Below, piece after piece: positions 8,325-17,771 of a stretch of DNA of 64,000 bases. How positions within the stretch are numbered: the first letter of the stretch is position 1; each line of letters opens with the position of its first letter. The position numbers and the translations under genes were made by a program. Origin of the DNA: Patescibacteria group bacterium (GTDB lineage Bacteria > Patescibacteriota > Patescibacteriia > Patescibacteriales > JBAZCA01); the NCBI GenBank assembly GCA_041661505.1, contig JBAZUF010000001.1, positions 305,576-369,575 of the forward strand, given 5' to 3'. Below the pieces are notes generated by a model, which had not been told where the DNA came from, searched no databases, and saw only the letters and a list, made by a program, of their open reading frames with translations.

Positions 8325-10058
8325 TTAATCAAGAATTACCCGGAAAATCTCTTCAATAGAAGTCAAACCCAAAAGCGCCTTAATCACGCCGTCTTCCTTC
8401 ATGGTCATAAAAGTTTGGGTCGCCCTTACTTCTTTTAAGGTGAAATTTTTCGTCTTATTAAAAATTAATTCCCTAACCTTGTCGTTAACGTCTAAGACTT
8501 CGGCGATGGCTATGCGCCCGCTATAGCCGGTATTCCCGCACCGGGGACAGCCTTTGCCTTTGTAAAAAACTAAATTTTCCTTGTCTAGCTTTTCAAAAGC
8601 ATTTTTTAAGGAGGCTTCGGGGATAGCGTCGAATATCTCCCTGACTTTATTCATAGCTTCTTTGGGGAGTTTCTGCTCTTCCTTGCAATGGCTGCAAACT
8701 TTTCTCGCCAGCCGCTGGGCGACGACCGCGTTTAAGGTTGACCCTAAAAGAAAGGGTTCTACCTTCATATCCAAAAGCCTGGGGACGGCGCCGACCGCGT
8801 CATTGGTATGCAGGGTGGAAAGGACAAAATGGCCGGTTAAACTGGCATGGATTGCCAATTCCGCGGTTTCGTTGTCCCGAATTTCGCCAACCATCAGGAT
8901 GTCCGGATCCTGCCTTAAAAGCGACCGGATGCCTGAAGCAAAGGTAAAGCCGACTTCCTGGCGGGTTTGCGACTGGTTGACGCCTTGTATCTGGTATTCA
9001 ACCGGATCTTCCAGGGTAGAAATATTAACCCCTTCCCTGTTTAATTTATTTAAGATGGAAAAGAGCGTAGTCGATTTTCCCGACCCGGTTGGCCCGGTAA
9101 CCAGAAGCATTCCAATGGTTTTTTTGACATTCGCCTGGATAATCGCCAATCCTTCCCCGCGGTAGCCCAAAGTTTCCAATTCCGGCGCGCCCTTAGTTAC
9201 GTCAAGAATTCTCATAACCACTTTTTCTTCGTCTCTTGTTAGCGGTAAAATAGAAATCCGGAAATCAATTTCTTTCCCGCCGATTGACTCCCTAATCCGG
9301 CCGTCCTGGGGAATCCGGGTTTCGTCCAATTTCAGGTTGGATAAAACTTTAATTCTGGCGACTACCGCGCTGTGAATATCTTTAGGCATTACCAGGGAAG
9401 TATGGAGTATCCCGTCGATCCGGTAGCGCACCCGGCTCTCTTTAGGCATCGGTTCGATATGGATGTCTGAAGCCCGCCCTTCAACCGCGTGGCGGATAAT
9501 TACGGAAACAATCTTCGCCACCGGCGCGCTTTTAATCACTTCCTGGAACTCGACCGAGCTTCTATCGTCTTTTTTCTCGCCTTCTTTCTCTTTGGCTTTT
9601 CTTTCCAGCGCCGTACTTACTTCCTTTTTTAAGGAACGGTACTGCTTGAACGATTGATCGAAGCTTAAAGGCGAGATGAGATAGTATTCGGCTCTTACTC
9701 CCTCCTTTTTTGCTAAAAAATCAATCGCCTCAACCGCCTTAAAATTTTCCGAGTCAACCAGGCCGATTAAAAGCTTTTCCCCGGATCTATCGAAGCAAAT
9801 GGTACGGTAGTTTTCAGCCACTTCAAAAGGGATAAGATTTATTACCTTGTCGTCTATCCGCTTCCCTATCAGGCTGTAATAAGGGATGTTTAAGCTCTCG
9901 GCTTTATATTTAGTCAATTCCTCCTGGTCAAAATCACCTTTGTCGAGAAGTATGTCTTCAATAGTTTTTCCCGATGCCGCCGCCATTTTTTCGAACTCTT
10001 CCGCTTGCGCCCGGGTCAACTTTTTTTTATTGATCAATATTTCCTGAATACTATTCAT
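8325..10058 (-). CDS. pilB: Type IV pilus assembly ATPase PilB (GspE family)
   Basis: Walker A GPTGSGKSTT, Asp box EDPVE, Walker B ILMVGEIRD, His box TGHFVLSTLHTN, and a tetracysteine motif CSHC...CPRC. Confidence 0.9.
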   Translation of the reverse strand: MNSIQEILINKKKLTRAQAEEFEKMAAASGKTIEDILLDKGDFDQEELTKYKAESLNIPYYSLIGKRIDDKVINLIPFEVAENYRTICFDRSGEKLLIGLVDSENFKAVEAIDFLAKKEGVRAEYYLISPLSFDQSFKQYRSLKKEVSTALERKAKEKEGEKKDDRSSVEFQEVIKSAPVAKIVSVIIRHAVEGRASDIHIEPMPKESRVRYRIDGILHTSLVMPKDIHSAVVARIKVLSNLKLDETRIPQDGRIRESIGGKEIDFRISILPLTRDEEKVVMRILDVTKGAPELETLGYRGEGLAIIQANVKKTIGMLLVTGPTGSGKSTTLFSILNKLNREGVNISTLEDPVEYQIQGVNQSQTRQEVGFTFASGIRSLLRQDPDILMVGEIRDNETAELAIHASLTGHFVLSTLHTNDAVGAVPRLLDMKVEPFLLGSTLNAVVAQRLARKVCSHCKEEQKLPKEAMNKVREIFDAIPEASLKNAFEKLDKENLVFYKGKGCPRCGNTGYSGRIAIAEVLDVNDKVRELIFNKTKNFTLKEVRATQTFMTMKEDGVIKALLGLTSIEEIFRVILD

Positions 10059-10407
10059 ATGGCTTAAATGGGAAGGGGTTTCCTATTTTAGATTTTGATT
10101 CCTCCGGTATTATCTCTTTTAAACTTTTAAACTTTTGATTTTCGATAATTTCCACGCTGGATGATCCTTTTTTCATTTCTGGATTTGTCCGGGCTTCCGG
10201 CTGGGCGGTTTGCGCCGGTTCTCCATTTACATTCTCCTGGCTGGCGGCCAATAATTCAATTTCGGGACCGACTAATTCCTCTCCCTGCCCGCTGGAGCCG
10301 GCTATATAATTATTATAAACCATTACTCCGGTCCCGATAACCATTATAGCTATGACAGCGGAATAAATCGCGATTTTTTTCAAGCTGGCTTTTTTGGCAA
10401 GAAGCAT
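10051..10407 (-). CDS. Small bitopic membrane protein of the pilus operon (function unknown)
   Basis: N-terminal TM span (IAIYSAVIAIMVIGTGVMVY). Start overlaps pilB by 8 nt, which suggests translational coupling. Confidence 0.4.
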   Translation of the reverse strand: MLLAKKASLKKIAIYSAVIAIMVIGTGVMVYNNYIAGSSGQGEELVGPEIELLAASQENVNGEPAQTAQPEARTNPEMKKGSSSVEIIENQKFKSLKEIIPEESKSKIGNPFPFKPYE

Positions 10408-10412
10408 AAAAT

Positions 10413-11090
10413 TTACATTTGGCTAGCTGCCGGCTTCTTTAAATAATAAGTTTCTATCTCCAGCCTGCAACTCTTTCCTTCGCTAAAATTGACCTTTTTA
10501 ACATCCATAAGCTTTAAGTTATTTTCAAATGCCCTTAAAAGCCCTTTTGTATTGGAATAGTCGGCGCCGCCGGCTTCTAAAGAAATTTTAACGACTTTAA
10601 TTTCCGGAGGAAGCGATTCGCTTTTTTCCTCCTCCTGGATAACTTGAGGCGCTTCTTCCTCTTGTTGCACTTCAGCCCGGGTCTTATATACTTTTTCTTC
10701 TACGGCTTCGGTTTTCAAGGAGACGAGTATCATGCCGCTTCTTTCCACCAAAGCCTCAAGCAAAGGAAATAATTTTTCTAAATTTTCCTCGTCAGGGATG
10801 AGCCTGGCCACTTTGTCCATGTCTTCGGGCGATATATCTTTAAATAAATCTTTTCTCTTGTTTAATTTGTCTAATTCCCTTTGGAAGCTTGCGTATTCCT
10901 CGTAAACCGGAGCCGTGTCCGCGTCTGCCCGGGCTTTTTCAAACCGGGGCTTTAATATAAAATAAGCGCCTCCGGCTAAGATTAAAACGATCAAAGCCAA
11001 ATTAAACCAGCCCGAGTATTTTATGTAAATTCCGAGTTTGGACTCATTTTTAGGCGAAATGATAGCTTTTGAGGAAACAGGCTTCTCCAT
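10413..11090 (-). CDS. PilO-like pilus alignment protein
   Basis: One TM span (FNLALIVLILAGGAYFIL), then a coiled-coil segment and a small C-terminal domain. Lies in the pilM-N-O position. Confidence 0.45.
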   Translation of the reverse strand: MEKPVSSKAIISPKNESKLGIYIKYSGWFNLALIVLILAGGAYFILKPRFEKARADADTAPVYEEYASFQRELDKLNKRKDLFKDISPEDMDKVARLIPDEENLEKLFPLLEALVERSGMILVSLKTEAVEEKVYKTRAEVQQEEEAPQVIQEEEKSESLPPEIKVVKISLEAGGADYSNTKGLLRAFENNLKLMDVKKVNFSEGKSCRLEIETYYLKKPAASQM

Positions 11091-11092
11091 AG

Positions 11093-12313
11093 CTAATTTT
11101 TAAAAATATAAAAAATACTCTTGTCCAAGACTAATCTCAATTTAAAGTTTACGCCTTCGGCTTTTTTGGGCTTGCCTGACGGATCTTTGGCTTCGCTCAC
11201 AAAGGAGCCGTAATCGCCGCCGTCGGATCCTGCCTCCTTGACCAGGCTATTTTCTTTCAAAATTTCTACTTGTTTAGTTATGTCCTTAAAATCTCTGGCC
11301 CGGGCTTCTAAAGTATAGTCGCCGCTGGCCTCGGCGTCGAAAGCTCCAAAGTAAACGTCTTTCAAAGTATTCTTTTCCATGAAATCAAAGAAGCTGGTCC
11401 AATATATATGCTGGTCTAGAAGCAATTTAGCCAATGCCAGTCTTTTTTCAAAGGCAAGAAACTTTTCCATCTCCTCTTCTTTAGACTTGATTTCCGCTTT
11501 CAATTTTTCGCTCTTTTCACTTACCAGCATTTTTTCTTCAGCCTGGGCCTGGTACCAATAGGGGATTCCGAAATAGGTGGCCGCCAAAATTAAAATCGAA
11601 GCCAGCGTTAGCGCCAAAGTAGTAACGGCCTTCCGGCTAATATCGCCGGCTCTTATCCCTTTAATAAGATTAGTCCCCTTAAAGCTTTCTTCCGGCCATT
11701 CTTTTACGCCTTCCAAGCCTCCGATTTTTTTCGGCTCTCCCTTTTGTTTTTCCGCTGGCGGCGCTTTAAGGGTTTTTGTGAGGTCAATTTTCTTTTCGTT
11801 TTTAGGGTCAATCGGGGTCGGGTCTTCTATTTTATACTTTGTCTTTTTAAGTCTGGCAGAAGCGGCTTTCAGCTTCCGAAAAAATGAGGCAAAAAAAACA
11901 TTTAACTTTGAAGGGGCCGGAAAATTCTCGGACTTTATGGCGGGGTAAACGGGCCGGATTTCCGGAGTTTCTTTTTTTATAGCGCCAACGGATGGATTCT
12001 CATTTTTATGGATTTTGGAAGTAAAAATTTTATTTTCGGGCGCCCTGGTAATCACCGGCCTTGAAAGCTTTAGCGCGGGAGCCTCTTTTTTTATCTCCGT
12101 CTCTTCCTCTTCACTGCTATCATCTTTAACGGCATTTTTGCTAAAAGGGAAAATATAACTTTTCAGCCGTTTCCAAAAGGGCTTTTTTTCGTTTTCCAGG
12201 TTGCGAATTAAAGCCGGGCCGGGAGCGGTCCATTCTACTTCCCCCCGGGGCTGTCCGCCCGAAGAATGCTTTCTTTTTTTTGGATTTTGAAGAAAATCGA
12301 TTTCTTTCTCCAT
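11093..12313 (-). CDS. PilN-like pilus alignment protein with a long Lys/Glu/Pro-rich N-terminal extension
   Basis: GTNLIKG (an INLLP-like motif) sits just before the TM span TLALTLASILILAATYFGIPYWY, followed by a coiled coil. Immediately downstream of pilM. Confidence 0.45.
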   Translation of the reverse strand: MEKEIDFLQNPKKRKHSSGGQPRGEVEWTAPGPALIRNLENEKKPFWKRLKSYIFPFSKNAVKDDSSEEEETEIKKEAPALKLSRPVITRAPENKIFTSKIHKNENPSVGAIKKETPEIRPVYPAIKSENFPAPSKLNVFFASFFRKLKAASARLKKTKYKIEDPTPIDPKNEKKIDLTKTLKAPPAEKQKGEPKKIGGLEGVKEWPEESFKGTNLIKGIRAGDISRKAVTTLALTLASILILAATYFGIPYWYQAQAEEKMLVSEKSEKLKAEIKSKEEEMEKFLAFEKRLALAKLLLDQHIYWTSFFDFMEKNTLKDVYFGAFDAEASGDYTLEARARDFKDITKQVEILKENSLVKEAGSDGGDYGSFVSEAKDPSGKPKKAEGVNFKLRLVLDKSIFYIFKN

Positions 12314-12363
12314 AATTTTTCAATTGGCAATCCGCCGGCGGCGAAAACAATCGTAAACTGCTT

Positions 12364-13401
12364 TTACATTTCCCTCATGGCCAACCCGACGGATACAGCC
12401 AGCCGCGGCCCGAGCTCTTTTAGTTTGGGCACTAAATCCACCGGGCAATATACTCTTGCCCAGGGATCGCCGATAAAGACTTTGCAATTCAAAATTCCGG
12501 TTAAGTAGTTGGTAAAATTAATAAGCAGGGCCGATCCGCCGGAAAGAATAACTTTTTCCAGATTTCCCCCGCTTTTTCCCTGGTAAAGGCTTAAAGTATA
12601 TTTAATCTCGTTTACGATCGGGGTTATGGCCTCAATAATAGTCTGCGGGATTGAGCTGTCGTTTGATTCAAGCATGCTTATTCCAAGGTCGAATTTAAAC
12701 TGCTCGGCCCGATCCAGGTTTACATTCAGGCTTTGGGCGACAGCTTTGGTAATGGTTAAGCCTCCGACGTCGATCGAGCGGCTTAAAACCGGAATGCCTT
12801 TTTCGACTATAAAAATATCAGTTGTGTTGGTTCCGATTTCAACGACGGCCAGGCTGGATTTATCGTTCCCGACGAGCGAACGGATTAAGGACAGGGTTTC
12901 GGTTTCCAGGCTGATCAATTCAAAATCCGCCGCCTTGAAAATCGCCATGTATTTTTCTATAAGATTTCTCGGCGCCCCGGTTAGAAGGACTTTTAAATTT
13001 TTTCCTTTGGGTGCGTCGTCTTTTATTTCAACCCAATCTATAACCATCTCTTCTAAAGGCAGAGGGATGACTTTTTTAGCCTCCCATCTCACGGCTGAAT
13101 CAATATCCTTAATGTCGACGTTGGTTAAAGTAATGACTGAAGAAAAAACCGCGTAAGTAGGCAATGCGGCAATAGCGCTTTTGGAATCCATGCCCGCTTC
13201 CTTCCAAACTTCTTTAAGCATCCGGGCGATTTTTTCATTTTCGTTTTGCCAATTGGCATCCAGCTGGGCGTTTTTTATTTCCCCGACGCCGTATGAAATC
13301 AACCGGACCTTGCTCCCTTCTTTTCTTAGCTGGACAATCTTAACTCCCGAAGCCCCTACATCCACCCCCAGATAACTTTTCTCTGAACTGGAAAAAAACA
13401 T
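12364..13401 (-). CDS. pilM: Type IV pilus assembly protein PilM (actin-like ATPase fold)
   Basis: LGVDVGASGVKIVQL phosphate-1 motif, VVEIGTNTTDI, and LSGGSALL near the C-terminus. 345 aa. Confidence 0.8.
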   Translation of the reverse strand: MFFSSSEKSYLGVDVGASGVKIVQLRKEGSKVRLISYGVGEIKNAQLDANWQNENEKIARMLKEVWKEAGMDSKSAIAALPTYAVFSSVITLTNVDIKDIDSAVRWEAKKVIPLPLEEMVIDWVEIKDDAPKGKNLKVLLTGAPRNLIEKYMAIFKAADFELISLETETLSLIRSLVGNDKSSLAVVEIGTNTTDIFIVEKGIPVLSRSIDVGGLTITKAVAQSLNVNLDRAEQFKFDLGISMLESNDSSIPQTIIEAITPIVNEIKYTLSLYQGKSGGNLEKVILSGGSALLINFTNYLTGILNCKVFIGDPWARVYCPVDLVPKLKELGPRLAVSVGLAMREM

Positions 13402-13552
13402 AAATAATAAAAGCTTAAAAAATATAAAGCCGGTTGCTCGTTATCTTATATTATTATATAATATTAATAAAGCTTGAGCAAACGCGGCCAGAAGGATTTC
13501 TTGAGCTTAATTATACCATAAAACTAATTTTCCCGCCAAATAACAAAGCCCT

Positions 13553-14785
13553 ATGTTTCTTTTGTCAAAATACAAAAAAGCTTTTCAAATATTGGGCTTT
13601 ATATCGGCGGCTTTTTTGTTCGGTTTTCTTATTTACCACTTCTTCTTCCGTTCCATTTCCGCTCCTCTGGAAACCCTCCCTACCGGAACTTCTACCCCCG
13701 GGTCCCGGCTTCCCCAGGCGGGCGGGTCTTCCGGCCAGGCCGGAGTCGGCGAAGGAGGTTCGGGGATACTGGAAACAGGCGGTATTTCGGAACAGAAGGG
13801 CGATAACATCGCTAACGGAGGACTAACTAAAACCCAGCTTTTATCCTCGGAAGAAAGTTTCGGCCAAAAACTGGCCCAAGACGGTTCAATTGAATTTTAC
13901 AACAAAAAGGACGGGCGCTTTTACCGTCTCGACTCTGACGGTGAGAGCCAAGCTTTGAGCGATAAAGTATTTTATGACGTCCAAAATGTCTATTGGGCGC
14001 CGGTTGGCGACAAGGCCATATTAGAATACCCTGACGGCGCCAACATTCTCTATAATTTTAAAACCGAAAAACAAGTTACCCTCCCCAGCCATTGGCAGGA
14101 TTACGATTTTGCTCCGACCGGGGATCAAGTCGTAATGAAAAGCATGGGGACGGACGCCTCTAATAACTGGCTGGCAATAGCGAACGATGACGGCACCGGA
14201 TCTAAGGCTATAGAGCCTTTGGGAGAAAATGGCGATCAGGTCTTTCCTTCCTGGTCTCCGAATAAGCAGTCGGTCGCGCTGTACGTTGAATCAACCGGCC
14301 TTAACCAGCAGGAAGTTATTTTTATCGGCTTAAATAATGAGAACTTCACAGCCATGACTATAGAAGGAAGAGGTTTTAAATACCTTTGGTCTCCCCGGGG
14401 CGACCGCTTGCTCTATAGCATTTTTTCCTCCGCGAGCGATTTAAAACCGGTGCTTTGGGCGGCCAATGCCCAGAGCGAATCTATCGGCAGCGGGAGGAAA
14501 AACCTGCAGGTGGAGACTTGGGCGGACAAATGCGTTTACGCCGATGCCGAATCGGTCTACTGCGCAGTTCCGGACAAGATTGAAGAAGGGGCGGGACTAT
14601 ATCCCGAACTGGGAAATTCTACGCCGGACAAAGTCTATCTGGTTAACACCTACACCGGACTGAAAAAATTGATCGCTATACCGGAAATCCCGGTCTCAAT
14701 GCATAATCTGATGTTATCCGAGAACGGCCGCAACCTGTATTATAGCGATCCGGCCGGAAAAATTTATAAAATAAGGCTGGAGTAG
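13553..14785 (+). CDS. Membrane-anchored beta-propeller protein (TolB/PD40-like repeats)
   Basis: N-terminal TM span, then repeated WSP-type blades (YWAPVGDKAILEY, FAPTGDQVVM, PSWSPNKQSVALY, LWSPRGDRLLY). Confidence 0.55.
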   Translation: MFLLSKYKKAFQILGFISAAFLFGFLIYHFFFRSISAPLETLPTGTSTPGSRLPQAGGSSGQAGVGEGGSGILETGGISEQKGDNIANGGLTKTQLLSSEESFGQKLAQDGSIEFYNKKDGRFYRLDSDGESQALSDKVFYDVQNVYWAPVGDKAILEYPDGANILYNFKTEKQVTLPSHWQDYDFAPTGDQVVMKSMGTDASNNWLAIANDDGTGSKAIEPLGENGDQVFPSWSPNKQSVALYVESTGLNQQEVIFIGLNNENFTAMTIEGRGFKYLWSPRGDRLLYSIFSSASDLKPVLWAANAQSESIGSGRKNLQVETWADKCVYADAESVYCAVPDKIEEGAGLYPELGNSTPDKVYLVNTYTGLKKLIAIPEIPVSMHNLMLSENGRNLYYSDPAGKIYKIRLE

Positions 14786-14845
14786 CGGCTTTTTGGAATA
14801 TTGGCCGCCAATAAAAAATTTTAACTTCAATAAAGAAACAAGACT

Positions 14846-15595
14846 ATGGCAATAATTTCTAAAAATAAGAAAAATGATTTTCCGGTTAAACTTTTCGTCG
14901 CAGGCGCCCTCTTAAACCTGGTTTTGGTGCTGGGAATAATAATAATTTGGAGATTATCCGTCATTGAAGCGAATATGAATATAAATTCGCCCAGATCCGG
15001 GGGTTCGGGCCTTGCGGCGCCTGAAAACCAAAAAGACGATCCCTTGATAACCCGGATTCCGAAATTTAGCGATTATCTGACCCAGCCTCTTGTTAACAGT
15101 GCCGATCCGAGCATCGGGAATGAAAAAGCGCCGATGGTGATCGTCTTATTCGGAGACTACCAATGCGAGGCCTGTAAAACCAATTCGGAAATTATTAAAA
15201 AAGCAGTGGGGCTTTTTCCAAACCGAGTAAGGTTTATCTGGAAAGATTTTCCGGCGGCTGATTTAAACTCCCTTTCCTGGCAGGCGGCTACCGCGGCCCG
15301 CTGCGCCGGCAGTCAAAGCAAATACTGGGAATACGGCGGATTACTATTTGACAATCTTAAAAATTTGGACGAAAATTCATTTGAAAATCTGGCCAAATCC
15401 CTGGGCTTGGGAATGGACAAATTTAAAGAGTGTTATTATGGCCATAAAATGAACAAAGCCGTGGTCGATAATTTAACCGAAGCCGAAACCCTCGAATTAT
15501 CCGGATCGCCGACGGTCTACATTAACGGCGACAGGATTACCGGCGAACTAAAAGAACAGGAGCTGATAGATATGGTAAAAAATTCAAAACCTTAA
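14846..15595 (+). CDS. DsbA-family thiol:disulfide oxidoreductase, membrane-anchored
   Basis: N-terminal TM span. Thioredoxin active site FGDYQCEACK (CxxC) and a C-terminal GSPTVYING (cis-Pro region). Confidence 0.75.
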   Translation: MAIISKNKKNDFPVKLFVAGALLNLVLVLGIIIIWRLSVIEANMNINSPRSGGSGLAAPENQKDDPLITRIPKFSDYLTQPLVNSADPSIGNEKAPMVIVLFGDYQCEACKTNSEIIKKAVGLFPNRVRFIWKDFPAADLNSLSWQAATAARCAGSQSKYWEYGGLLFDNLKNLDENSFENLAKSLGLGMDKFKECYYGHKMNKAVVDNLTEAETLELSGSPTVYINGDRITGELKEQELIDMVKNSKP

Positions 15596-15607
15596 GGCGA
15601 AAATTTA

Positions 15608-16957
15608 ATGGCAAAAATTTCAACAATTTACGTCTGCTCAAACTGCGGCGCCCAATCTCTAAAATGGAGCGGGCGCTGTTTAGAATGCGGGAAATGGGGG
15701 ACTCTGCAGACGCAAACTATAGATAAAAAGGAAGAAGAGTCTAAAAGGCACAGTCTACCGGCGGAAAAACCAATCGATCTTGCCCAAGTAGATACCCGAA
15801 ATTTTAAAAGGATAACTACGAGCCTTAGCGAGGTGGACCGGGTTTTGGGCGGAGGAATCGTTCCCGGCTCGCTAATTTTACTTGGAGGAGAGCCGGGAAT
15901 CGGGAAATCCACGATCGTCGCCCAAATCGCCAGTTCGCTAGATAGCAATAGGCCGGTGATCTACGCGTCCGGCGAAGAATCGGCCGAACAGATTAAATTA
16001 AGATTTGACCGATTAAACATCGACGAAAAAAAAGTAAGCTTTCTCAATGAAACGCACGTGGAAAAAATAATCGCCACGGTTACGGAATATAATCCGGCGG
16101 TTGTTATCCTTGACTCAATCCAGACAATTTACACCACTGCTCTTGAATCCGAGCCGGGAAGCGTTTCCCAAATCCGAGCCTCGACTTCGCAAATCATGGA
16201 AATGGCCAAAAAGCAAAACATAGCGGTAATCTTAATCGGCCACATTACCAAAGACGGCCTGATCGCCGGACCGAAAACGCTAGAGCATATTGTCGATACG
16301 GTAATTTATCTGGAAACGGACAAAACCGCCAACTATAGAATACTGCGGGCAACTAAAAACCGGTTTGGGTCTATTAACGAGCTGGGAATTTTTGAGATGA
16401 CTGGCGAAGGCTTTCAGGAAGTAAAAAACCCTTCGCTTATTTTTCTCGATTCGCACGAAGAAAAAATGTCCGGTTCGGTCATAAGCTGCGTAATTGAAGG
16501 CACCCGGCCGTTTTTGGTTGAAATCCAGGCGTTGGCGACTAAAACTATCTTCGGCTATCCGGTACGCCGGGCTTCAGGCTTTGACTTGAACCGCCTGGCC
16601 ATTCTTACCGCGGTCTTAAACAAGCGGGCGGGCGTAAATTTATCAGCCCAGGACGTCATCCTAAACATCGTCGGCGGACTGAAAATAAATGATCCGGGCC
16701 TGGATTTAGCCGTTGCTATGGCCATCGCTTCTTCCCTTTTGAATCTCGACGTTGACCGAAAGACCATTGCCTTGGGCGAAGTCGGCTTGGGCGGAGAAAT
16801 CCGGAATATAAGAAATCTGGAACAGCGGCTAAATGAAGCCGCCCGTTTAGGCTTTTCCCGGGCCATTATTCCCAACGCGGATATTAAGACTGGCGGCTTG
16901 GAGATCGTGAAAATAAAAAATCTTCGGGAAATAATTGAATTACTAAAACAATCATGA
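15608..16957 (+). CDS. radA: DNA repair/recombination protein RadA (Sms)
   Basis: N-terminal zinc finger CSNCG...CLECGKWGT, Walker A GGEPGIGKST, the RadA-specific KNRFG motif, and a Lon-protease-like C-terminal domain. Confidence 0.92.
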   Translation: MAKISTIYVCSNCGAQSLKWSGRCLECGKWGTLQTQTIDKKEEESKRHSLPAEKPIDLAQVDTRNFKRITTSLSEVDRVLGGGIVPGSLILLGGEPGIGKSTIVAQIASSLDSNRPVIYASGEESAEQIKLRFDRLNIDEKKVSFLNETHVEKIIATVTEYNPAVVILDSIQTIYTTALESEPGSVSQIRASTSQIMEMAKKQNIAVILIGHITKDGLIAGPKTLEHIVDTVIYLETDKTANYRILRATKNRFGSINELGIFEMTGEGFQEVKNPSLIFLDSHEEKMSGSVISCVIEGTRPFLVEIQALATKTIFGYPVRRASGFDLNRLAILTAVLNKRAGVNLSAQDVILNIVGGLKINDPGLDLAVAMAIASSLLNLDVDRKTIALGEVGLGGEIRNIRNLEQRLNEAARLGFSRAIIPNADIKTGGLEIVKIKNLREIIELLKQS

Positions 16958-16980
16958 TATTAAATGAATTAAAGAAAAAG

Positions 16981-17013
16981 CCGGAGGAAGAAAGGCCTTT
17001 TCTTCTTTTCCGG
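16981..17013 (+). terminator. Imperfect hairpin downstream of radA
   Basis: ccggaggaagaaagg / ccttttcttcttttccgg inverted repeat, 24 nt after the radA stop. The T-tract is weak. Confidence 0.4.
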
Positions 17014-17015
17014 CT

Positions 17016-17232
17016 TTAGAGTTTTGCCCGGGTTATTCCAAAATGAATTCCCGGGCTGGAAATGAGCAAACCTGGAGGGGTGAGGCCGAATGGACAACCC
17101 ATCCGGCCTCGGGAGGAAAGAAGCAACGGTTTCGAGCAAAGGAAGGAGGGGTGACCTTTACTCAATCCCGTGAGCATGAAGAGCTCCCATGGGATAGGCG
17201 CGCTCCACACTCCGCATGATCACGGGAAATGG
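17016..17232. other. Unassigned structured spacer, visibly more GC- and purine-rich than its neighbours (candidate ncRNA or long 3' UTR)
   Basis: Convergent intergenic region in an otherwise tightly packed genome. Perfect hairpins: gcccggg(N17)cccgggc, and gaggccg-a-atgg-acaac-ccat-ccggcctc. GGAGGGGTGA occurs twice. A long-range pairing cccgtga...tcacggg is also present. Confidence 0.2.
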
Positions 17233-17589
17233 CTACGCTTTGATACAGCCTCCAATTGATAGGAGAAATGAGTTAACTTCCATGATTTTTTTTGGTGGCA
17301 GTTTTTGATTTCCAAGCCACCGAGTAATATCTACAACCTTCTCGCGAGAATGAACTGTCGGCGGCGGCACTTCCATATCCCGGAGCCGCTGGCAGAAAGC
17401 GCTAAACTTGACCGCTACCGTACTCCCGCCTTCGAACTGGAGAATTTTTAACTCCGGATTGCTCATAGGAAGTTCGGTCCGGGTAATGGGACAAACAGCG
17501 GTAGCCACCGGTTTCGCTAGCGGCCCACTACTCTTGCACCCATTATAACGCTTCCTGAATTCTTTATCATAAACCGTGTCGACTCGCAT
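17233..17589 (-). CDS. Hypothetical protein (118 aa from the SD-preceded ATG)
   Basis: ORF with a GGAGGG Shine-Dalgarno 5 nt upstream of the ATG at 17589 (MRVDTVYDKEF...). I recognise no family motif. Confidence 0.4.
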   Translation of the reverse strand: MRVDTVYDKEFRKRYNGCKSSGPLAKPVATAVCPITRTELPMSNPELKILQFEGGSTVAVKFSAFCQRLRDMEVPPPTVHSREKVVDITRWLGNQKLPPKKIMEVNSFLLSIGGCIKA

Positions 17590-17771
17590 TTTTCCCTCCA
17601 AAATATTTCATCAGTTATAACAAACGGAAAACAACCTCGCTTCTTAATCATCACTCCTTTCTACCCTGTAAACTACCAAGGAACATTAGATGTTTTAAAA
17701 TTTTTGTGTTTTATTGCATTATCTTTATCAGGGATATAATAACTTGTCAAACGCATACTCCGGGCGGATTA

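Noticed and set aside
13434-13826. 130-aa plus-strand ORF overlapping the start of the 410-aa beta-propeller gene
   Set aside because: It is in a different frame of the same strand and region. It is Leu/Phe/Pro-rich with no motif. The 13553 start gives a sensible TM anchor followed by propeller repeats.
17016-17232. Assigning the structured radA-recG spacer to SRP RNA, RNase P RNA or tmRNA
   Set aside because: I compared it with hallmark motifs: the SRP helix-8 GGAA/AGCA pattern, the RNase P GAGGAAAGUCC / ACAGAA P4 strands, and the tmRNA tRNA-like ends. The partial resemblance (cucgggaggaaagaagca) is already used in a different perfect hairpin. The identity is therefore left open rather than called.
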